Positions 39,751 to 52,000 of a DNA stretch of 64,000 bases are shown here, in pieces. Where the stretch lies: positions 23,064,001 through 23,128,000 of the forward strand of contig CM120646.1 of NCBI GenBank assembly GCA_051362555.1, in the 5' to 3' direction. Source of the DNA: Lingula anatina. Taxonomy: Eukaryota > Animalia > Brachiopoda. Within the stretch, counting starts at the first letter, position 1. Every line of letters starts with the position of its first letter. The translations under genes were made by a program, and so were the position numbers. A model generated the notes under the pieces. It was not told where the DNA came from, did not search any database, and saw only the letters and a program-made list of their open reading frames with translations.

Positions 39751-40045
39751 TTAGGACGTAACAACAGCATCTGCCTTTTTCGACTTGGCATTATCCCACA
39801 GACGGAGGAAGTTGTACTGCCATCCGGGCGGTATGTCGGTCATACCAGTTTTGCCTGTGTCGTACCCTGGTGGCAGCGGTGGGCCTGTGGGACATCCACC
39901 TCCCACACAGCCGCACCCAGCCCCTACACATGGCAGCTGAGGCTGCTGGTCGCCGCATGGGTTACATGGACCAGAGAAGATGGGGCCGCAAGGGAAGCAG
40001 AGCAAATAAGGGCCGGTGAAATTGAAGCTAACACCGCCGCCGCCT
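39751..40045 (-). other. Collagen B C-terminal Cys-rich non-collagenous domain
   Basis: [51 protein letters not shown]...; homologous to the collagen A C-terminus. Confidence 0.85.
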
Positions 40046-43000
40046 CGGCCGTCAGGGCCTTTTGGACCCCTCGGACCTTCTGGACCAGTTGGACCTCGTG
40101 GACCGACGCCTCCGTCTCCTTGACCGACAAAGTCTCGTCCTTTAGGTCCGGCTGGACCTGCGGGGCCTGCGGGGCCGGCTGGCCCGTTGGGTCCTCTGGG
40201 ACCTGCTGGACCTTTAATCAACAAAATTAAATTTTCATTTAGTTTGTACCTCTTTTTGCAGAGCTTCGAATTCAGTGAATTTTATTCAAGTGCATTTTAT
40301 GCGGTGTTTTGTATTTTGGTGCTGCTTGCTACAATTTGACAAATGTTGCAGACAAAAGATCTTGGAGATAACAGTATATATCATTTTACAAACTAAAACC
40401 AGATAAAGAGATAAAAACCACAGATAAATTACCTCTGACCGTTCCAGCTGGTCCTGCTGGACCGTCCGGTCCTCGTGCTCCATCAGGGCCTCGTGGTCCA
40501 GTGGGCCCTTTGCGGCCAGTTGGTCCTGGTGGTCCTCTTGGTCCATCAGGTCCTCTGTCACCGGTGGGTCCCTTTGGACCTAAAAATAGAATTTTCACAT
40601 TGAAGTCGGAGTCTTCATGGAGGGAATTATTTCAATAAAGCAGATCGCTGGTGCAAGTGATTGTTAGGGTGCGCTCGCTTGTAAATATGAGATTGAAAGT
40701 CCGTTCACGTTTCAGCCGCAGATCACACTTGATTAATATCATCCCAATTAATACCATTCTTCCTTAAACTTTCTGTCAACGATTGGGCAAAGGTAAATTA
40801 TTCAAGATTCAATTTAGTATCGTAATCACAAATATATGTGTTCTTCGCCAATAAAGTGCCACAACAGAAGCAAATCGCGTACAGGATTGGAACAGCATTG
40901 GTGCGAATGATATTGTTCTATATTTATTTAACATTTGTCCTTTGCAGTTTTTCTAAATAATAAATCTTTGTCTCTGAACATTTTAACATGGCGATTAGAC
41001 TGATTAATCAGCTATGACATCACTTTAAACTGTATATCGTTTACTCACCCCTTTGTCGGCTTGGCGAGCCGGCTGGACCGCGGTCACCCGTGGGTCCTTT
41101 GGGTCCACGTGGGCCAGGACTACCACCTCTAGCACCTGGTTGACCGGGGGTTCCAGCTGGACCTGCTGGTCCGTCAGGGCCACGTCCTCCTGTCGGTCCC
41201 CTTGGGCCTGCTTCACCAGTACCACCTGCTGGTCCGGCTGGACCTGGCCTGCCGCGATCACCTTCTGGTCCAGCTGGGCCTCTGGGTCCTGTGGGTCCTG
41301 GAGGCCCTCCTCCACCGGCTGGGCCTCTGGGGCCTGTGGCGCCTCTAGAGCCTGGTCTTCCATCTCGGCCATCTCTGCCTGCTGGTCCTCTTGGTCCAGC
41401 TGCACCATCGGCACCTCTTGGTCCATCTGGTCCTCTAGGCCCAGTAGGTCCTCTGCCATTAGCTGGTCCCCTTGGTCCTGCTGGACCCCTGTCTCCATCA
41501 GGTCCCCTAGGACCTGCTGCTCCCTTCGTTCCTCTTGGGCCTGTTGCACCAGGTCTTCCATCAGCTCCGTCAGGACCCGCAGGGCCGGTAGCTCCTGGTC
41601 TTCCAGCAGGTCCACTTCTGCCAGGGGAACCTTTTGGTCCTGCTGGTCCTGCTGGACCGGCAGGTCCTCTAGCGCCATTCTGTCCATTTCTACCATTCGG
41701 TCCTGTTGGGCCTCGTGGACCTGCGGGTCCTGGCCTGCCTGCAGCTCCCCTGCTGCCTGCTGGCCCTGCATCTCCCCGTCTGCCATTAGCACCATTTTGA
41801 CCATCGGGACCTCGTGCACCAGGGGATCCGGCAGCACCCCTAGCCCCATCTGGGCCTCTTGGTCCTGCTGGGCCAGCATCACCTGTTGGTCCTGCTGGTC
41901 CTGGTGGAGCAACACCTGCAGCACTAGGTCCTTCCGGTCCCCTTGGGCCAGTAGGTCCTCTAGCTCCATTGTTTCCGTTGCGTCCATTTGGTCCTGCTGG
42001 TCCTCTAGCACCTGCTGGTCCAGTTGCTCCACGGCTTCCATCTCTTCCATCAGGGCCTCTTGGACCAGGGGAACCTCGACGACCAGCTGCACCTGTTGGT
42101 CCAGCCCTGTTTTCTCCATCTGGACCCCTTGGACCAGTTGGGCCTCTTGGTCCTGCTGGACCAGTAGCACCAGCTCGTCCTCTTGGTCCTGCTGGCCCTC
42201 TTGCTCCATTTGCGCCATTGCTACCTGCAGGACCAGGGCCTCCTGGGGCTCCTGCTGTCCCACGTGGTCCAGCTGCACCACGATTGCCAGCAGGTCCCCG
42301 TTCTCCAGCAGGTCCCGGTCTACCAGGTGAGCCTGCTGGTCCTCTTGCTCCTGTTGCACCATCAGGGCCCCTTCCATCAGGGCCTCTTGGACCAGTGGCT
42401 CCCCTCGATCCAGCAGGACCAGCTGCCCCTTGAGCTCCATTTTGACCATTTCTACCATTAGGACCCCTTGCACCTGCTTGTCCATTTGCACCTGCGGGAC
42501 CTCTTGGTCCAGGTGATCCTGCAGGACCACGTGCTCCAGCACTGCCTCGTGGACCTGCTGGTCCTTGTGGACCAGGCTGTCCTGGGCTTCCTGCATCACC
42601 TCTGGCACCTTTAGCTCCATTACTGCCATCCCTGCCGTTCTGACCATTGGGACCTCTGCTACCAGTTGGTCCCCTGGCACCAGGTTGACCATCTCTACCT
42701 GCTGGGCCTTGGGGTCCCCTGTCTCCAGTAGGTCCGGCACCAGCTGGTCCAACAGGACCAGTTGGCCCTGCTGGCCCTCTTGGACCAGGTGAACCAGCTC
42801 TTCCCCTTGCTCCTCTGTCTCCATTACTTCCATCTCGGCCATCTGGCCCTCTAGGTCCAGTTGGCCCTGCTGCACCTCGTGCTCCATCTGCACCTCTTGC
42901 CCCATTAGCGCCAGCAGGCCCTGTAGGTCCAACTGGACCCGCCGGACCTCTGCTTCCTGCTGGTCCTGCATCACCCCTGGCACCTTTTGGACCAGTTGGG

Positions 43001-46000
43001 CCTCTTGGTCCAACACCTCCAGCAGACCCTGGTCTTCCAGCTGCTCCTCTAGAGCCTGCGGGGCCTGTAGGTCCTGCTGGACCACCAGGTCCACGAGCAC
43101 CTGCTATTCCAGCTGAACCTCTTGCACCTGCAGGTCCTGTTGCTCCGACTGGACCAGGTGAACCTGCTGGGCCTGGGCCTCCAGCGCTTCCTCTGGGTCC
43201 TGCTGGGCCTGCGGGACCAGCACTTCCTCTTGGACCTTGAGCTCCTGTAGGGCCTCTCACACCCTGTCCACCACGTGAACCAGCTGGACCACGGGCGCCA
43301 GCAGCACCATTACTGCCATCACGACCAGCAGGTCCTCTTGGACCTCGAGATCCAGGGGCACCTGGGCTACCTGCTGGGCCTCGTGCACCAGCTGCACCAG
43401 CGGGACCTCTAGGGCCAGCAGGGCCAGTTGAACCTTTTGCACCATCTCTGCCAGGAGTACCGCTTGCTCCAGCAGCACCTGTTCTGCCATTACTACCATT
43501 TGGTCCTGGATCACCACGTGGGCCCTTGGTACCCTTAGGGCCTCTTGGACCAGCTGCACCAGCAGGACCTCTTGGTCCATCTGGTCCCCTAGGACCTGGA
43601 CCTCCAGCAGATCCGGCTGGGCCACGGCTGCCAGCTCTGCCTGCAGCACCTCGGGCTCCGTCAGCTCCTGCCGGTCCTGTGCTTCCCTTGGAACCCCTTG
43701 GGCCTGGGGCACCATCTTGGCCATTTCTTCCTGCTGGCCCTCTGTCACCACGTGCTCCATCGGGGCCTCTTGGTCCTGGTCCTCCAGCTGCTCCAGGTGA
43801 TCCGGCAGCGCCTGCTGGACCTCTTGCACCTGCTGCACCAGCTGGCCCACGGGGCCCTCTACCTCCAGGAGCACCTGCTGAGCCTGGGTTTCCTGCAGCA
43901 CCTCTTTCTCCAGCCGGGCCTGCTGGGCCAGTTGGGCCCCTTGGACCTGGTGATCCCTTTGCACCAGCGGCCCCAGCGGCACCTGCAGGACCTCTTGAGC
44001 CAGCGGGACCTCTTGCGCCTCTTGATCCTGGGCCACCACTAGCGCCTGCAGGGCCGGTCGCACCAGCAGCACCTGGTCTGCCATCAGCTCCATTAGGTCC
44101 GGGGCCACCTCGTGGTCCTGAAAGTATCAGGTATGTGTCACAAACATTCATGTTACATTTAATCTTATTCATTCACACACGTGGCTCAGTTGTTGTTGTT
44201 ACAAAATAAAATGTCTATTGTAAAAAATTAAGCTATCACTTCTAACATCGCGGATTCATGCTTTGGACAAGAGTGTCTCATACACTATACCGTCTGACAC
44301 CGTCAAGTTAAGTTTCATTTCACTATTATCATATATTTTGTAAGAAACTAATTAAATTCCAATACTCATTAATAAAAGGATCTTACTTAAGTTTTAAAGT
44401 TCGTGTAAATTTCAAGAACTGAAGCTTCCAAACCCAAACTTAATTAAACATCTTCTTATGAACAGATTGATCAATATTCGTACAAAGCCTCAAATATATC
44501 AGTTTTCTAAGAAAGAATCTGTAGAAATTCAATATACCTCCGGGACCTGTAGCACCAGAAGTGCCGGCATCTCCTCTCGCCCCAGCTGGACCTCTTGGGC
44601 CAACCGGGCCTCTGGAGCCTGCTGGACCTGCGGGGCCTGTTGCTCCACGAGCGCCATTATTTCCATCTCTTCCATCTCTGCCATTGGCACCTGTTTCATT
44701 GCCAAAAATAATTAAAATCATTCCATGGTCCATTATTGTTGTTCGTTACCTAGATATGATAAAATAGCCATCTACTTAAGGCAATAAAGTATTGCATATT
44801 TAATTTTTATACTATATGTATATACTTTTTTCTATACACATTCTATTTACTGACCGTTAGGCCCGGTGGGTCCTCGAGGTCCAGCTGATCCTGGACGTCC
44901 AGCAGGTCCAGCCGCACCCCTCTGTCCTGTTGCACCAGCGGGACCACGTGGTCCGCGCCCTCCTGCAGATCCTCTGGCACCTGCCGTTCCTGATACAAAC
45001 AGATGGATAAGAGGTTATTTACTCAGAAAACATATTCACTGGGGAACAAAAATTGTGTTAAAAGGTGCCCATAATACTGCATACGTCTGATTTTCTTCCC
45101 GGCTTGCCCGCGTATGTCGCATACAGTCGACGACTAACATACACCACGTCTTATGCTTTAAACAGCAGTATGAACGCACTGAAGCGCATAAAAATACAGG
45201 CAAGCTTGCGTGCGAAATACAAGTGCAATTATCCTATTAAAGCAACATCTGTCTTTTAAAACAAAGTCAGTTACAACTTTTCGTCATCCACTGTATGCAA
45301 AAGTCAAGAGCAAATTACCGCATATCTATGCGCCACGTTCTTGAATGCCGCATACAGTGGACGACCTTTGTCGTAACTAGTACAAACAACACAAGCGTTC
45401 GGGATGACCTTTTCCTCTTTTTAAAAAACCAATCAACTTCTCAAAGCCGTTAAAATGAACTGCAAAGGAAATGTGATCAACACTGCATTATGTTTCTCTT
45501 CAACAAGCACAAGTGTATTACCTGCGCGGCCAGCAGGACCCCGGTCACCGAGTGCTCCGTTTCGTCCATTCTCTCCTCTCGGACCTCTGGGTCCAGTGAC
45601 TCCTGGTGCTCCCGTGCTGCCAGCGTTGCCTGCTGGACCTCTAGGGCCTGCTGGACCTCGTGGTCCTCTTCCTCCACGTGGACCAGGTGCACCATTGGCA
45701 CCCGCGGCTCCGGCAGGACCTTGAAGCATACACGATTAAAGCATATTTTAATATACCTTAATTACTATATTGTTTTATTAAACTATTAAAAATTATCAAG
45801 TATATATAATATATAAATATATTTAGTATTAAAAGTCACAAAAGTCCAGCACAACAGTCATGCACATACAAACACTTATGCAGAAAGACAGGTAAATTTT
45901 GACGATCTTAACTAAAGGATTAATTCACCTGGTGGTCCTCGGGCGCCAGTTGGTCCTCTACCACCAGGGACTCCGGCTCGGCCAGCTTGGCCACGGGCTC

Positions 46001-49000
46001 CGGCGGGACCTTGGGGCCCAGTTGGACCTCTTCCTCCAGCAGGGCCAGGTGCACCTGGGGAACCTGCCAGTCCAGCGGCTCCCCGACTCCCGTCTGGACC
46101 TCTTGGACCTCTGTTTCCGTCGGGACCTCTACCTCCGGCAGCTCCTGCTGGGCCCCGTGCTCCGGCAGCTCCACGGTCTCCCGTTGGTCCCTTTGGCCCA
46201 GCTGGTCCTGCTGGGCCAGTGCTTCCTGCAGCACCTGCCGGACCTGGGGCACCGGCAGGTCCTGTTGGTCCTCTAGGACCTGGGCCTCTTCCAGCCGGAC
46301 CACGTGCTCCGGCGGCTCCTGCAGCACCAGCCGGTCCTTGATCTCCGCGTGGTCCTCTTGGTCCCCTGCCGCCTGCAGCACCGTTTCTACCATCAGTACC
46401 TGCTGCCCCTGCGGGTCCTCTTTCTCCAGGGGCTCCCCTAGGTCCTGTAGGACCACGTCCTCCTCTAGAGCCTGGCCTTCCACTTGTTCCTGCCGGACCT
46501 CTATCACCTGCTCGCCCAGCTGCTCCTCTGGGGCCTCGTGGTCCGGTTGTTCCGTCTTCTCCGGGGGCGCCGGCAGAACCAGCTGCTCCAGCTGAACCTG
46601 CGGGGCCTGCTGCACCTCGGGCACCATTGGGACCTCTAGGTCCTCTCCCGCCAGGTCCACCTAGAACAGTGCACCAAGTTGACTGAATCAGTAAATCGAT
46701 AATACTCCTTAAAACACTAATGAGATATATACGACATTTCTGCAAGGCATGTCGTATAAAAACAGTTAATTAAAATTACCCCCAGTATTTTCATCCTCTC
46801 GAACATTCTTTTATCAGCAGAATTCATTTGGGCGTATGAATAGATCATTTTCACTCTTACCTTAATCTTACAAGTCCATGAAAGTATACACGTATAAACA
46901 TACCTGGAAATCCTTGAGGACCTCTGTCTCCTGCAGGGCCGTCAGGACCGGCCGGGCCTCTAGGACCCATATCTCCATCTTTGCCGTCAAGTCCTACACA
47001 ATATAATCAATATATCTACTGCATTGCTCCATATATTTTAAAAGGGTCATAGACACGTGGTTCAGGTTTTCCATATATGTACACAAACACTAAATACACA
47101 AAAAAAGTTTTTATTATCACACATAAAAATCCTTACAATACCATTCATAAAATTAAACAGTAAAGGCTTTTAGTTTTGTATTTTATTGGTTTATTAAATT
47201 GTTGTCTTTAAAGATGAAGGACAATGAATTTCCAATGTGACCGTACCTGGTTCTCCAGCGCGGCCTGGTTGTCCCCTTGCGCCATTAGGTCCAGTGGGTC
47301 CAGTGGGTCCTTTGGCCCCAGTAGTACCTGGTCGGCCTGCGACACCAGCAGGACCTCTAGCACCTGCCTGCCCTCGCGGACCCATGTCACCTAAAAAACA
47401 ACAGCAATACTTGTTCCAAACACATTATATGCACCATTATATAGACATATGCAATGCAGAGGTATGGTGCTACCCGTTGATATATGTCAGAGAACTAGAT
47501 ATGCATTAAAACAAACATAAGAGATCACTCAGTGGAGTTTGTTCATTTGCAAGGAGATAAGTAGAAAAGGAGGAAAAAGAAATATATATTTACGACTAAA
47601 AGACCTGCGCCACAAGTTTTAAGAGTATTCACATTTTGAAGAAACCCAGTGGTGAAAATGGAGTTTAAGACCAGATGGTTATTGTATGTAATAACTGTAC
47701 AGGTGTACACAGCCGCGATGTTTACCTCTGCGTCCTGGAAGTCCTGGCGATCCAGCTGGACCCGCGTCTCCTGCCGGTCCTTTGGCTCCCGGGCGTCCGT
47801 CAGCACCAGCAGCTCCTCTGGCTCCTGCAGAGTAAATGATTAATTTTAAAATATTAGGGGTCACGAATGGCGGAGTCTATGAACACAAGGTGAGACTGAG
47901 AAACCTTGCGACACGGATACGTGAGCTACAAACAGATAAATTGGTAGACAAATGTTTCGATTTTACTTAAAGTGATCATGAATTAAATACGGTTTTGTGG
48001 GTTTTGAGGATAGGTAATATTTAGTCTTTTGTGAAAATCAGTTCACTGATCTTATCGCGTGTCCCAGGGAAAAAAACAGGCCATACCTGTAGGTCCCTTT
48101 CCTCCGGGCCTGCCTGCGGATCCTCGTGGACCCGTTGGACCACGTGCTCCGTTTCTACCATTATCTCCTCTGGGTCCTGTAGGTCCTCTACTTCCAGCAG
48201 GGCCTAAAATACAGCAAAACCCAGTGACACCCTATTCCTGACACCCTTTTCATTCTTTAAGCGTGATAATCGACTGTTAGTACTTTCCAATAGCTGTTAT
48301 ATTGCTAGGATGAAAATAGAAAATCCTGATGCTCTGAACAACCTTGCTAGATTTATTTATCATGGTTTGATTATTAGAGAAAACTGATGTGAAATGTCGA
48401 ACTGTAACCTTGTGATGTATTTGCTATGGGCCGGTGGCCTTTATCAATTGAATAAAGCCTAATAGCTTCAGCCCAAAGGTTGTGGCAGTATAACAGAATT
48501 GACACAGATTTCTTTACCTCGGTCTCCTTGTGCGCCTTTAGCACCGGCTGCTCCGTTTTGTCCGTCGGGTCCTCTTGGTCCTCTCGCACCTTGTTGTCTG
48601 TTTGGTGATCCGGCTGGTCCTGCTGGTCCTGTAAGGTGGGGAATTATGGCTTAATCTAGTGTATTATTAAACTGATGTTATGTGAAGATTTTACTTGCGC
48701 CTCTGCAAGTGCTGCCTGTAACATTTTTTATATTAAGACATACACATAAATAGATGGACATACGTTCAGACAGACAGATTCACAGACAACTAAACTAAAT
48801 TGTACAGCCGGACATATAGACAGACCTGCTGGGCCGGCTGCTCCTCTGGCACCATTAGCTCCGTCTCGTCCGTCAGGTCCTCTTGGGCCAGCGCTTCCCG
48901 CTGGGCCTGCAGGGCCTCTAGAACCCGGTCTGCCGTCAGGACCTGGTGGTCCTCTGGCTGTCCCCGCTGGGCCGGCAGGTCCCGCAGGTCCTGTTGGACC

Positions 49001-52000
49001 ACGCGCACCTGGACTGCCATTAGCACCTATAAAGTGATTTCACTCAGATTAGTTGTAAATTTGTCATGATTTACGGTAATAAATGTCTCTTTACGTTTCT
49101 GTTGATGTGTATATATGTTTTTTCTTATATCCCAAACATATCATAAGTTATAAAATCGATCATGATTTATAGTTACAAATTAACCTTTTCGTTTCTGTTG
49201 ATATGCATATTTGTTAATTCTTATATCCCACACATATCACAAACCGCAACCACCAGACAGAAATGGAAACTTCGTCTAAATATACCTGGTCTTCCATCAG
49301 CACCGTTGGCACCACTGGGGCCAGTAGGGCCTCTCGGGCCAGCTTCACCAGCAGATCCTGCTGGACCCGCGGGGCCGGTTGCTCCACGGGCCCCGGGATT
49401 ACCATTTCTACCATCTCTTCCCGGGGCACCAGTTGAACCTGGGCCACCTGGGCGTCCATTGGAGCCTGTTTGACAAATAAAACGAAGTTGATGTATTTAA
49501 GTATGTCGGTGGTAAGAAACCATTATTTTCAGCATACTAAAATTATCTTAAATATTTATTTCAAAGAATCGCAATCTGCTACTGATTGAAAGATGCGTGT
49601 AACACTATGAGATACAGGTAACAAGCGGTAGGTACATTTCACCTTATTGCACAATACGGGTAGTTTTTCTGCACGAATAAGTTGGAAATAATGCTAAGGT
49701 TGGGAGACATTAGTCAGACATTTAACAATAATAATTATGGCAATAATTCTCACCGTCTCTCCCAGCAGGTCCTGCTGGACCTGCTGGCCCTGGTGGGGAC
49801 GGTCCAACTGGGCCGGCATCTCCCCTTGGTCCTTTGTTGCCATCGGGTCCTCGGGGGCCAGCTGGACCTTGAGGTCCTCTTGGGCCAGGGTCGCCTAAAT
49901 TTAAAAAATCGTGTATAAATCACACATGGAAACGTGAATCGAGCCTATTTTTAATATGCCATCCGCACAAAAGTCCAAATGCATACTTTTCTTGTACATA
50001 TTAACGTGTAGATTAGATTAATCTGAAATCATTCGTTAAACGTTGACCTGAACAGATTGGAATTATTTTAATTAGGCGTTTTTCAAATTAATATATAGTT
50101 AATGACTGCAGCCTTATCTACTAGGTCTATGCTAGACCTCCTCAAAGATGATGTGTTTTGGTGGTCATTTCACTGTTTGGTTCGTAGTATCACCAACACC
50201 CTACATACCGACAGGTCCTGCGGGCCCACGCCTTCCTTCTTCACCGGGCGCTCCGGCAACACCTGTTGGTCCTTTAGGACCGGCCTGACCCACACCTCCT
50301 CCGGTCTCTCCCTTGGGTCCCATGGACCCTGTGATTCCTGTAGGTCCTTTGGGGCCTGTGGGCCCACTGACGCGACCTGTCTTTTGGAGAACGCTCACGA
50401 CCAGGTTAATTGCTGAAAAAGAAAAGTGCATATTGCATCAGCTATTTGTCTCTGTATATCACCAGTAAAAAAAAACACCAGGGTTATTCTACGTATTTTA
50501 TCTAAACGTGATACGATTTCCTTAGCAAAAAGATTAGATTTAACAACACAATTGTCGAAATTAGTACAATAAGTTAAACTGAATAACAAGAAAGGTGCTT
50601 CAACCTAGTTAAAACTGGGTTTTTACTTGTATATTCTACCCTGGAGAAAGACAGAAATTTCTAAAATACATTTCAATATGTTTAAATAGATTTCAGTGAA
50701 AAGAACCCAACTGGTACCCAGTGACTTACTGAGGGTACACTCGTCTCCAAAGAATGGTTCCTTGCACTCGCACTCGAAGGGATCATTAGGTCTTCCAGTA
50801 AGCGTGCACCTGCCTCCATTGCAAGGATCACCCTCGCATGCAATTGCTGGAAGAAAGACCCACAGCGTTCAGATCTCAAAGACGTATGTTCAGTGAAAAT
50901 TTATAGAGAAGCCCAACCCACAAAGTGATATTTCTATTCTCTATTTGTATATACTTATACTCATAGGCCCTATTTACTAAGTAGGATATAATAAAACTAT
51001 TCCTGTAATTAGTCAAGACAGATTTCTCTGGCCGATTTTTTTCCCTTAGTGCTCTACGCTGTCTTCTGTGCACTTACGGGTCTCACAGCTCTTCCCAGTA
51101 TACAGTGGCATACACTGACACTTAAAGCCCCCTGGAGCTGGCTGAGGGATGCAGGTGCCTGCGTTCTGGCATGGGTTGGGAAGGCAGGCTAAGATGTCTA
51201 CTGTCAGGTCTTGAAAAAGTACCAGAAACATATGATATAACACATATTTAAACGACAATAATGAGCCGATTGAAACGGAGTGGAGCTTGTAGCAAATTCT
51301 AAAAAATGAAGTAAGGCGGTGTTCGTATGATTTTGCTTTCAGACACAACACGTAAAATAATGGTATACCCAAACATTTTTTGTGTGCTAATGCTTAGATA
51401 AGTCAATAAATGTGAATTTGGAGTAGATACAAAAGCGCACTTCACATCCCTAAAAGAACTGAATATAAAAATTAGTATATACGAAATTTGCTTTTAGCAA
51501 TTAAAATACATATTTCCTGCAAATACTTGCTTCCCATGTTATAAACTGGGAATAAAACAGTTCGTTTAATAGAATTGTGCATACCAATCTGACAATATCG
51601 GCCATAGTAGTTATCAGGGCATAGACACAATCTTCCGCCAGATGAATCTAGAACGCATCTTCCACCATTCAAACAGTAGTTGTTGGACACGTCTCGTGGG
51701 TTGCATAGCGTCGCTGAAACGAAAATAACTCCTTTAAGCAACCTGATTCCAAAAAACGGTGACTACAAGAAGATGCTTTCAAATGAATTAGTTCTTATTC
51801 CATTTCGAATCGTGAAAATAAAAGGTATTTTTCTGGGTAAAACTGCTCCGGGTAGGCAACAGTTACATTATAAAACAAAATAGTAATCATTTTAAAGCAC
51901 TGGTGAAAGGATCAATGCAGGTTGAACACTTGACACCTTCAATTTTAGTCATATTTTAACTAATTATTAAAACATGAGCATATTTGAATTTAGAGACCAT

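Noticed and set aside
41025-43100. 691-aa Q/E/L/V-rich minus-strand ORF (also 20829-22055, 43257-44108, 45920-46660) and S/W/C/T-rich + ORFs such as 41053-42330
   Set aside because: Alternative frames of Gly-X-Y codons are naturally stop-poor. They start and end with the collagen exons and show no independent gene signals.
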